A stretch of 64,000 nt of DNA from NCBI GenBank assembly GCA_040767085.1, contig JAXGPF010000003.1:480001-544000 (forward strand), given 5' to 3'. The notes beneath the pieces were generated by a model. It was not told where the DNA came from. It made no database searches and saw only the letters and a list, made by a program, of their open reading frames with translations. Positions 49,076 to 57,180 of this stretch are shown one piece after another. Made by a program: the position numbers and the translations under genes. The DNA is from Kiritimatiellia bacterium. GTDB taxonomy: Bacteria > Verrucomicrobiota > Kiritimatiellia > JAAZAB01. The stretch's first letter is position 1; each line of letters begins with the position of its first letter.

Positions 49076-50172
49076 GGCCGCGCCTCCCCCCCATTCCGGG
49101 GCTGAACCGGCCGGCGGCCTTGCCAGGACTGCGCGCCGTAATCGATGATCGGCGCGAACATGTTGCCCAGTAAAATGGCGAACATCAGGCCGCCGTTGAA
49201 AATCGAGAAATTACGGATCACCAGGGTGGCCACGGCGATCAGGATGCCGTAATAGAGGCGTCCCAGCTCCGTCCGGGGCGAGCTGACCGGATCGGTTGCC
49301 ATAAAGAACGCTCCCAGCAGAAATCCCCCGCCGAACACCGCCGGCCAGGCCCCCGGCACGGGCTTGACGCCCAGCCAGAAGAGGCCCTGGTTCAACGCCG
49401 CATAGGTTAGAATCACCGCCAGGATCGTCGTGCGGCTGGCGGTTTTCGTCCAGAACAGATAAACGCCGCCAAGTAAAATCAGCAGCGCGCTGGTCGCCCC
49501 CATCGTGCCGCTGATGTTGCCGAAAAGCTGCGCCTTCAGCAGCGCGCCGGGGCGGACGGCCACCTGCTCGCGGTCGCCGACCGCCGGCGGTATCGCGGCG
49601 GCCGCCCCCACCGCCGATGACAGCGCCAGTTGCCCCGATTTTAAATAGGCCATCGGCGTCGCGCTGGTCGTCGCATCGGCGCCGTCCGCCCGCACCGCGG
49701 TGGTCCAGCGATCCAGGGCGCCGGGCGGCCCGGCGGCCGCCGGAGCCCACACCCCGGTCATGGCCACCGGAAAACAAATATAGACAAAGCACCGTCCGGC
49801 GACCGCCGGATTGAAGATGTTGCGCCCGAATCCGCCGAAAACCTCCTTGGAGAAAATCACCGCGAACCCCATGCCCACTGCCAGCACATGCCAGCCCACC
49901 CCCGGCGGCATGATCAGGCCAAACAGCGCCGCCGTCACAAACACCGCCTCGCTGACCGGCTCGCCGCGCAGCCGGCAAAACAACCACTCCAGCAAAAAGC
50001 CCCACGCGCAGCAAAACGCGATCATCGCCAGCGAGCGCCAGCCGAAATAATACACGCTGCCGGCCATACAGGGGATCAAGGCCAGCAGCACCCGGCGCAT
50101 CGCCGGCTGCCGGCGCAACCAGCCCGCCCGCGCAGGATTCCTGATGATCTGCCAAAGCATACCGGGCTTCAT
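49072..50172 (-). CDS. nqrB: NqrB/RnfD-family membrane subunit
   Basis: KEVFGGFGRNIFNPA, DATTSAT (FMN-Thr motif), FFMATDPVS, FAILLGN. Confidence 0.85.
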   Translation of the reverse strand: MKPGMLWQIIRNPARAGWLRRQPAMRRVLLALIPCMAGSVYYFGWRSLAMIAFCCAWGFLLEWLFCRLRGEPVSEAVFVTAALFGLIMPPGVGWHVLAVGMGFAVIFSKEVFGGFGRNIFNPAVAGRCFVYICFPVAMTGVWAPAAAGPPGALDRWTTAVRADGADATTSATPMAYLKSGQLALSSAVGAAAAIPPAVGDREQVAVRPGALLKAQLFGNISGTMGATSALLILLGGVYLFWTKTASRTTILAVILTYAALNQGLFWLGVKPVPGAWPAVFGGGFLLGAFFMATDPVSSPRTELGRLYYGILIAVATLVIRNFSIFNGGLMFAILLGNMFAPIIDYGAQSWQGRRPVQPRNGGEARP

Positions 50173-50176
50173 GTTA

Positions 50177-50340
50177 TTAATATTCTCATAATAGACTGGA
50201 CGATTATTGATGGATTGGTAGGGCGGGCAGTCCCTTGCCCGCCTTGGCGCCCAAGGCGCGGGCCGCGCTGGCGGCACTGGGGCGCCCTACCGATGCAAGA
50301 TTGCGCTCAATTAATGTCTATATTATTTTGAGAACCTTAA
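50177..50340 (+). mobile_element. Miniature non-coding element (MITE/REPIN-like), copy A
   Basis: Near-identical inverted copy at 63187-63349 (one 1-nt indel); TTAA at both ends; imperfect terminal IR (TTCTCA.AATA); GC-rich core GTAGGGCG...CGCCCTAC. Confidence 0.75.
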
Positions 50341-50359
50341 TATGTGCAACTTTCGTCTG

Positions 50360-50410
50360 CTGTAGCCGCGCCCGGCGGCCGCGGACCGCGGTCACCGCCC
50401 GCGGCTACAG
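50360..50410. repeat. REP-like palindrome CTGTAGCCGCG...CGCGGCTACAG
   Basis: Perfect 11-bp inverted repeat with GTAG/CTAC ends. Confidence 0.65.
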
Positions 50411-50512
50411 TTGTGCGGGCATAATCCCGCATTCGGATTGGCGTTCCGGGACCATCAATATAACCGGTTCAATTTAATTGTCCAGCATATGCTGCCGGCC
50501 GCCGCAAAAATA

Positions 50513-51349
50513 TTATCCGTATTTTTTGTCCGCCGACGGCATAACCTGCCGGCCGCCGCATTGAATCGCGGCGCGGTATTGCCGGGGCGACAGGCCGATT
50601 TGCTTTTTAAAAAGCTTGGTGAATTGCGCGGGGTCGGCATAACCGGCGCGGTCGGCGGCCTCTTTTACCGGCAAAACTTCCTCCTCCAGCCATGCGGCGG
50701 CTTGCAGCATCCGGCAGTGCAGCAGGTAATCGTAAAAACTCCGGCCGCAATGCCGGCGGAACAGGCGCCGGAAATGACCGACACAGACATGCATTTCCAG
50801 CGCCAGCGCCGGGGCCTGGTATGCGGCGAAGGGCGCCAGCCGCATGCGTTCAGTCCAGGCCCGGATTTTTTGCTCATAAACATCCACGGCTCCGGCTGGC
50901 GAAGCCAAGGCCGCCATTTGCAGAAGACGCTCCAACAGGATCACGCTTTCCGCCGCCATGCCCGGCCCTCGCTCTTTGAGTATGGCCAGCAACCGTGAAA
51001 ATATTTCGCGTACGGCCCCGGGCTGCGCGGCAAACACGAACCCATCCCCTGACAACCCGGTAAAACCGTCCTGAACCAGCCGCCGGGCGCGCGGTCCTCG
51101 AAGGATGAGGTAATAATGATCCCAGCCAGCCGCGTCCGCCGGCCCATACTCATAAATTTTACCAGGCATATGCCAGAAGAGCGCCGGCCGCTCCAGGATG
51201 TGGCGCAGGCCGCCATCCACGCGCCAATACATCCGGCCGGCATGCATGTATTCCACGGTATAAAAATCGGGGAACGCGCTTTTTACATGCACCCGGCACC
51301 CGGGTATATGCCGGCCCATGATCACCTTCAAATCGTCAAAATAAGCCAT
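50513..51349 (-). CDS. AraC-family transcriptional regulator
   Basis: N-terminal cupin-like domain; HFRRLFRR..G.SF..YL...RM..AA..L; VKEAA..AGY.DPAQFTKLFKK..GLSP.QYR. Confidence 0.92.
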   Translation of the reverse strand: MAYFDDLKVIMGRHIPGCRVHVKSAFPDFYTVEYMHAGRMYWRVDGGLRHILERPALFWHMPGKIYEYGPADAAGWDHYYLILRGPRARRLVQDGFTGLSGDGFVFAAQPGAVREIFSRLLAILKERGPGMAAESVILLERLLQMAALASPAGAVDVYEQKIRAWTERMRLAPFAAYQAPALALEMHVCVGHFRRLFRRHCGRSFYDYLLHCRMLQAAAWLEEEVLPVKEAADRAGYADPAQFTKLFKKQIGLSPRQYRAAIQCGGRQVMPSADKKYG

Positions 51350-51471
51350 ATCCGTATATTCATATATGACAACTACTGGCGCATATTTGCCATTTACTTT
51401 TAGATATTCAATAGAATACGATAATTCCAGCTTGGAAATCAATGTTTGTTTGCGACAAACACAGGAGTAAC

Positions 51472-52530
51472 ATGCAAGGCAAAATCAAACGCAACCAGGA
51501 TTTCATGCGCCGGCTGTTTACCGGCCGGCCGGAGCGGCACGGGCTGGCGGTTTCCGTGACCCGGCCGCCCATTCCGGAGGAATTGGGCGATTATGCCATA
51601 TCCAGCCGGCCGGTGCGCGACTGGATTCCATGGTTCCGCGAGCATTATGCCGCGCAATGCGCATGGTTAAAGGCGTTTGACGACGATTCCGTCCCGTTCA
51701 TCAACCTTTTCACCAATACCGGCGTCTTTGCGGCGGCCTTCGGCTGCCCGCTGGAGAAAGTTCCCGGCAGCAGCGCCTGCGCCCGCCCGATCGTGCATTC
51801 CGCCGCCGAGGCCGCGCGCTTGCCGGAACCGGACTACCGCTCCGCCCCCATCCTGGCGCGGCTTTTTGAAATGGCGGATGCCTTGCGCGCGGAATTCGGG
51901 CCGGACGTGCCGTTGAGTCCGCCGGATATCCAGAGCCCGCTGGACATTGCCGCACTGATCTGGGACAAGTCGGAGTTTTTTGTCGCCATGCACGAGGAGC
52001 CGGCAGCGGTAGCGGAACTGGTGGACAAATGCACGCGCCTGCTTTGCGCATTCATTCCCGCCTACATCCGCCATGTCGGGGCAATCAATACCTTGTGTTA
52101 TGCCCGCTGGTATGCCCCGGGCGACCTGGGTTGTTACGTGGCGGAGGACGAATGCGGAAGCATCAACCCGGAGATGTTCGAACGGTTCGGCATGCCGGGC
52201 TTAAGGGCGTTAAGCCAGGCGGCCAACGGGCTGTTCATGCATTCCTGCGCCAACGCCGACCATCAATATCCCCTCTTGCGCACGCTCCCGAATTTGCGCG
52301 GATTCAACCGCGTTTTTACCAAAGCCCAGAACTTTTCCATGCCGCAGCGCATGTTGGATTCCTTTGCCGACCGCTCCGTGCTGATGCTCGGCGGCCCGGT
52401 GCAGAAAGGGCTGGACATGCTGGCCGCGGCGCCGGCCGGGACGCGGTTCCTGTTTGCCATGGGATTCAAGGAAATCAACGACGACGCCCGGCGGGCTTAC
52501 GATGAAATGCGCCGGCGCTGCGAAAGATAA
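51472..52530 (+). CDS. Uroporphyrinogen-decarboxylase/MtaA-CmuA superfamily protein
   Basis: AGGAG RBS; AAAFGC, PDIQSPLDIAA, AEDEC..INPEMF..F..P, HSC. Confidence 0.75.
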   Translation: MQGKIKRNQDFMRRLFTGRPERHGLAVSVTRPPIPEELGDYAISSRPVRDWIPWFREHYAAQCAWLKAFDDDSVPFINLFTNTGVFAAAFGCPLEKVPGSSACARPIVHSAAEAARLPEPDYRSAPILARLFEMADALRAEFGPDVPLSPPDIQSPLDIAALIWDKSEFFVAMHEEPAAVAELVDKCTRLLCAFIPAYIRHVGAINTLCYARWYAPGDLGCYVAEDECGSINPEMFERFGMPGLRALSQAANGLFMHSCANADHQYPLLRTLPNLRGFNRVFTKAQNFSMPQRMLDSFADRSVLMLGGPVQKGLDMLAAAPAGTRFLFAMGFKEINDDARRAYDEMRRRCER

Positions 52531-52555
52531 TCCAGCGTGGTCTTTACATACGGAG

Positions 52556-52583
52556 CAAAGCGGCGTCAAGCCGCCGCACTCCA
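52556..52583. repeat. REP-like palindrome (TGGAGTGCGGCGGCTTGACGCCGCTTTG on -) between convergent genes
   Basis: Hairpin GCGGC-GTCAA-GCCGC with a GGAG foot. Confidence 0.5.
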
Positions 52584-52590
52584 TATAAAA

Positions 52591-55011
52591 TCACGGCAAC
52601 GCGGCATCCAATCGCGGGAGCGGCCGGAGACGCGCGCGGGCTGGCGCCTTCGGCGCATCCTGCTGCCGGAGACGCGCCCGGATTCCCGTGGCCCGGCCCC
52701 CATGGGCGTCCAGGGCAATGCACAGCGCGTGCGCGCCCGGACTCAAATCCAGCGGCACTACCGCTTTGTCCGTCCCAACCGGGGCGCAGCCGCCCGGATC
52801 GCACCAAATTGGCTGGCAATCCAACCACACCTTGACCGGGCCGTCATAGCCCAGCTCCAGCGCCAGCCGCATACCCGTCCGGCAGATCATCCGGACATGG
52901 TAATATACAACTTTTTGTCCGGTTTTCCCGCCATCCGCCAACTCCGGCACTTCGCACAAGGTCAAAGGAAAATCGCGCACCGTGCCCGGCCCCGGGACTG
53001 CCGGGTAAGACAGCGCGCTAATCTTGCCGGAATAAGACTGCAGGCTGCTGACAAAATACCTGGTGATATACCCGGGCGGCAGGCGCGTCTTGAACTCAAA
53101 GATATCAGCCTTCCCCGTCAGACAACGGCCGGCCTGGCGGGCGCGCCGCTGAAGGTTGCGCCAGGCGGAGGGACGGCTGTCGGCCAGCCATAACTGGCGG
53201 TGGCGGCGCATCAGGCCGGTTAATTCACCAGCCAACCGCCGCCGGGCGCGCATCGTATGTTTGCCGCCGGATCCCAGGATCGCCAGTTTGCGCGCCGCAT
53301 GGCGGAGGGTATCCACGGCGAAAATCCAGGCTGGAAATATTTTATCAGGATCAACGCCATGCACCGCGGATGCACGGTTAATATCGGCGCGGCGAGCATC
53401 CAGGCGTTCCAGCACCGCCGCCCCCAACGGGGCATCCACCAGCAGGCTGCGGCGTTGCCATTGCCCGCCACTGAAAACCCGGTCAATCCGCGGATACGCC
53501 GGCACACGGCGGTCGGCGTCCGCGAAAAACATTTTGGGCCAGAAGCCATGGCCGCCGACCTGGGTGATTTCGCCCAGTTCATTTAAAACGCCCGGCAGCC
53601 GCCGGTCAAAACTGTTTAAAAACAACCGGCAAAACCGTGTGTGGTAATCCGCCGCGTCCGCCGCCGGATTCCAGGATTGTTCGGCGCCGAAAAGCAACCC
53701 ATGCCATTCGCAAGCCGGCAGATGGAAATGGCCGCCATCGCCCCAAACCGTGTTGAGCAATCCAGCCGCGCCCTGCCGGGCCGCCGTCCGGGCCGCCGCC
53801 GTAATATTGGCCATGGCCACGGGCAGCCGCGGAAACAAACCACCGTATGAATGGGTGCTGGGACAGGCATACACCGGCCGGCCCTGTCGCGCATTGTCCC
53901 CGACGCCGGGGAACGCATACTCCGGATGATACCCCCAATCCAGGATGGTGATATCCTTGGGCAACCCGGCCGCCAATTCCGGATAATGCCGGAGAATATC
54001 GCCCCAGCACATCATCCGCTTGCCGTGTTTTTCGCATAGGGCATGCAGTCTCAAAAGATGGTCAACATAGACCCGGCCTTTCCCTTTCTGCCGGCACAAT
54101 TCGTAACTTTGCCCATATCCCAAATCCACCGTCTCATCGCAGCAGACATTGAAATTAACCGAACTGAACAGCGGCAGCAATTCCCCATACAACGAATCCA
54201 GAAACTTGTAACCGGCGGGATTAGCCGGCGAGAGCGTAAAGCCTTTGAATTTTTGACTGCGGAACCATTCGGCCAGCCACTCCCGCGCCTTGGGGTCCGG
54301 CGTGACATAACCTTTCAAGCCCAGGCCAAAGTCTTCTGCCAGCCGGCGGTAAGGCGGAAGTTTTAATACCGTTTCCATATGCCCGAACGACGCCAGCGAC
54401 GGCACCAACTCGATGAAATTTTCCCGGCAATATGCGTCCAAATCCAGAATATCCGCCGCCGTTATGGGCGAAGCGCCGCGCCCGATCTCCGGGTGCGCGC
54501 GGAACCGGAAGGTATGCTGCATGTAGAGGGAAAGCTGGTTGATCTTGTAGCGCGCCAGGATATCCGCCATGCGCTTCAAGGCCGTGAGGGTCGGCACCCG
54601 GCCGCGGGCAATGTCCAGGTAAACGCCGCGCGCCGGTATCGCCGGCCAATCGTCTATCGTCAGGCATGGGATTATTTTATTATCCGCCTGCGCCAGAATC
54701 TGCCGGAGCGTCTGCCAGCCGTAAAAAGCGGCGCGGACGGAGCTGGCATGGATTTGCATTCCCTTGAGGTGAATCCGCAATTGATACGCATCCGGTTTCA
54801 TCCGATCCGCCAAATTCAGCGTAATCGCATCGCGGATGGCGGGATTGGCAATATTTATCCCGACCGCACCGACCGATTGACTTATTCGACGGGCCAGCGG
54901 ATATAAGCGTGCGTCCGAAATCCCCAGCGTCGGTTTGGCCGGCATGCTGAAACGGCCGGCATCAAGGCACAGGCGTTGGGGAATCGGGAGTAAAACAAGC
55001 TTTGTTTGCAT
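52591..55011 (-). CDS. Glycoside hydrolase family 20-like (beta-N-acetylhexosaminidase-like) with C-terminal beta domain
   Basis: LLPIPQ, IDDWP..RGVYLD, IELVPSLASFGH, catalytic VCCDET, WGD, DWGY, NTVWGD. Confidence 0.85.
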   Translation of the reverse strand: MQTKLVLLPIPQRLCLDAGRFSMPAKPTLGISDARLYPLARRISQSVGAVGINIANPAIRDAITLNLADRMKPDAYQLRIHLKGMQIHASSVRAAFYGWQTLRQILAQADNKIIPCLTIDDWPAIPARGVYLDIARGRVPTLTALKRMADILARYKINQLSLYMQHTFRFRAHPEIGRGASPITAADILDLDAYCRENFIELVPSLASFGHMETVLKLPPYRRLAEDFGLGLKGYVTPDPKAREWLAEWFRSQKFKGFTLSPANPAGYKFLDSLYGELLPLFSSVNFNVCCDETVDLGYGQSYELCRQKGKGRVYVDHLLRLHALCEKHGKRMMCWGDILRHYPELAAGLPKDITILDWGYHPEYAFPGVGDNARQGRPVYACPSTHSYGGLFPRLPVAMANITAAARTAARQGAAGLLNTVWGDGGHFHLPACEWHGLLFGAEQSWNPAADAADYHTRFCRLFLNSFDRRLPGVLNELGEITQVGGHGFWPKMFFADADRRVPAYPRIDRVFSGGQWQRRSLLVDAPLGAAVLERLDARRADINRASAVHGVDPDKIFPAWIFAVDTLRHAARKLAILGSGGKHTMRARRRLAGELTGLMRRHRQLWLADSRPSAWRNLQRRARQAGRCLTGKADIFEFKTRLPPGYITRYFVSSLQSYSGKISALSYPAVPGPGTVRDFPLTLCEVPELADGGKTGQKVVYYHVRMICRTGMRLALELGYDGPVKVWLDCQPIWCDPGGCAPVGTDKAVVPLDLSPGAHALCIALDAHGGRATGIRARLRQQDAPKAPARARLRPLPRLDAALP

Positions 55012-55014
55012 ATT

Positions 55015-56667
55015 TTATACCGTCAGTCCATCCCCGCGTTTGAATTCATAGCCGCCATCCACCGGGCTGACGCCCGTGAAGGGAATTTCGCCGAAGAGCG
55101 CCCGGCCCAAGGCGGCCTGGGTGGCTTCGCTGTTGCAATAAGCGTTGACATAGGTGTCGGCGGAAGCCACATCATGCAAGAAGTAGGGGGTGCCGAATGA
55201 GATGCAGATTTTTCGCTTGAACAGATGGGCCATGAACGGCCAGATGGGCCCCAGCGCGCGGATGCAGCCATTGGCGTTCATGGTGGTCACATGCTCCATC
55301 AGCACCACCGCCGCATATTGCTCCAAGTGCTCCCGATGTTGGCCAAAGTTCTCGAATTTATCCACCGTAATTTCCACGCCGCGCGCTGTAAAGGCCTTGA
55401 AGAACACCGCAAACCGCTCGGTCTTCATCCGATCGGGCATATGCTCGGACTTCAAAAACAGCACCTTGTCGCCAGGCTTGAGTTGTAACGGAATCAGATT
55501 ATTGCGATTGCGCAGCAAGGTGATGGATTTTTCGCCAATTCGGGCAGCCGCGGCGCGGTAGCGCGCCACGGTGTCCGCGGATACCGGCGGCGGGATGCGG
55601 TTCTCATCCACGCCCAGGTGCGCCTTGAACTCCAGCACCCGCCGGGCCGATTCCTCCAGGCGTTCCATCGAAGCGCGCCCATCCGCCAACGCCTTCAATA
55701 TCAAATCGAAAAACCGGGGCGCGTCCGGCCACAGGAAGATGTCCGCGCCGCCGTTAAAACAATCGAGCATGCGCTGCTCATAATCGGCAAAGCTGCAGAA
55801 TCCGCACATGGTCAGGGCATCGGTGACAATGATCCCCTCGAATCCCAGTTCGCCCCGGAGCAAATCCGTCATCAGCCGGCGGCTGGCGGTGGCGGGACGG
55901 AACATCCCGCGCGCGTCCGCCGGCTCATACGCGGGGAAGCCGATATGGCCGATCATGATCGAAAGCACGCCATCGTCAATCAATTCCTTAAAGACGCGGC
56001 CGTGCAATTTGCGCCAATCCGGCAGGGAAAGCGTATTGAGCGAGGTCACGTTATGCTGGTTGCGGTCATCCGTGCCATCGCCGGGAAAATGCTTGGCGCA
56101 GGCGGCGAAATCATGATCCTGCATGCCGCGGATATAGGCCTTCAGGAGCGGCAGGACATGGTCGGGGTCATCGCCGAAGGCGCGATGGTTGGTCGGTTGG
56201 TTGTTGATGTTAAGATTTAAATCCGCCACCGGCGCGAAGGCCCAGCGCACTCCCAGGCCGCCGGCTTCCACGGCGATCGCCTCGCCCTCGGCATATGCCA
56301 ATGCCGGGTCGTTGGCCGCACCCAGGGCCATGGGATTCGGGAAACGGGTCAGACTGCCGATCACACAGCCCTCGCCATGTTCGAAGTCGCCGCAAAGCAG
56401 CAGCGATTGTTCCGGGCGCGTTATGGCGCGCAGTTTTGCGCACTTCTCCCGGACATCCTCAATGCTGTCGCTGGTCTGGTCAATGATTTCCGCGCCGACA
56501 AAGGCGCTGCCGATGGGATATTTGGCCATGTAATCCGGCGAAGCGCCGCCATCAAACAACGTCTTGGCGCGTTCACAGACCATCTGCCCGACTTTTTCCG
56601 CCACGCTCATTTTTGACAGGGAGTCATCCACCCATTTCCGCTTCGCCGCATTCAATCTGAACAACAT
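55015..56667 (-). CDS. Glycoside hydrolase family 3 (NagZ-like, two domains)
   Basis: EKVGQM, DFEHG, FAPVADL, AKHFPGDG, MIGHI, GFEGIIVTDAL, SITLLRN, SFGTPY. Confidence 0.92.
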   Translation of the reverse strand: MLFRLNAAKRKWVDDSLSKMSVAEKVGQMVCERAKTLFDGGASPDYMAKYPIGSAFVGAEIIDQTSDSIEDVREKCAKLRAITRPEQSLLLCGDFEHGEGCVIGSLTRFPNPMALGAANDPALAYAEGEAIAVEAGGLGVRWAFAPVADLNLNINNQPTNHRAFGDDPDHVLPLLKAYIRGMQDHDFAACAKHFPGDGTDDRNQHNVTSLNTLSLPDWRKLHGRVFKELIDDGVLSIMIGHIGFPAYEPADARGMFRPATASRRLMTDLLRGELGFEGIIVTDALTMCGFCSFADYEQRMLDCFNGGADIFLWPDAPRFFDLILKALADGRASMERLEESARRVLEFKAHLGVDENRIPPPVSADTVARYRAAAARIGEKSITLLRNRNNLIPLQLKPGDKVLFLKSEHMPDRMKTERFAVFFKAFTARGVEITVDKFENFGQHREHLEQYAAVVLMEHVTTMNANGCIRALGPIWPFMAHLFKRKICISFGTPYFLHDVASADTYVNAYCNSEATQAALGRALFGEIPFTGVSPVDGGYEFKRGDGLTV

Positions 56668-57180
56668 GTTATCCCCTGATGATTGTCGATTTCTTTCGTC
56701 TGATTTTCCGTTTTCCTGCCAGGAAAAGCACGTGGACATCTGAACTTGCGCATCATCCCTCACCCACACACTCACATACCCACACTCACAAGCACATACT
56801 TCTGCTAGTGGGAGAGGCGTTACACGCCGCGATCGTCCGGTTCGCCGGGCGTCTCGTCCGCCGGTACAATCAATAAATTAATCCTGCCCCCCTGCCAAGC
56901 CAATTTTTTCATTGACTTCAATTTCTTTTTGGGTCAGCATTTTCCGGAAGGTGGCGCATTGCCCTGGACGCCGCTTAGAGGGTTCCGCTTCGACATGCGA
57001 TCCCGTTGCACGGGACAGGTATTTTTGCGTAGCTGAGCCGGACAAGGTGATCTCGCAAAGACCGGATGCGCACAGATGAGCGGGAAGGATTAAATGGGGT
57101 TGCGGGCTTCCAGCCGTCCCGGGAAATAGTTGAAAACAAGCCGAGATGTATCCCGGCATCAAGGAGGTATTTTGGTTCAT

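Noticed and set aside
56758-56800. CA-rich low-complexity tract (CTCACCCACACACTCACATACCCACACTCACA)
   Set aside because: Irregular units and short; no supportable function.
56960-57130. Resemblance to a ykkC/guanidine-I or c-di-GMP riboswitch (AGGGTTCCG…CCCGGGA; CGCAAAG)
   Set aside because: Only short fragments match; the other conserved elements and spacing are missing. Kept only as a low-interest leader candidate.
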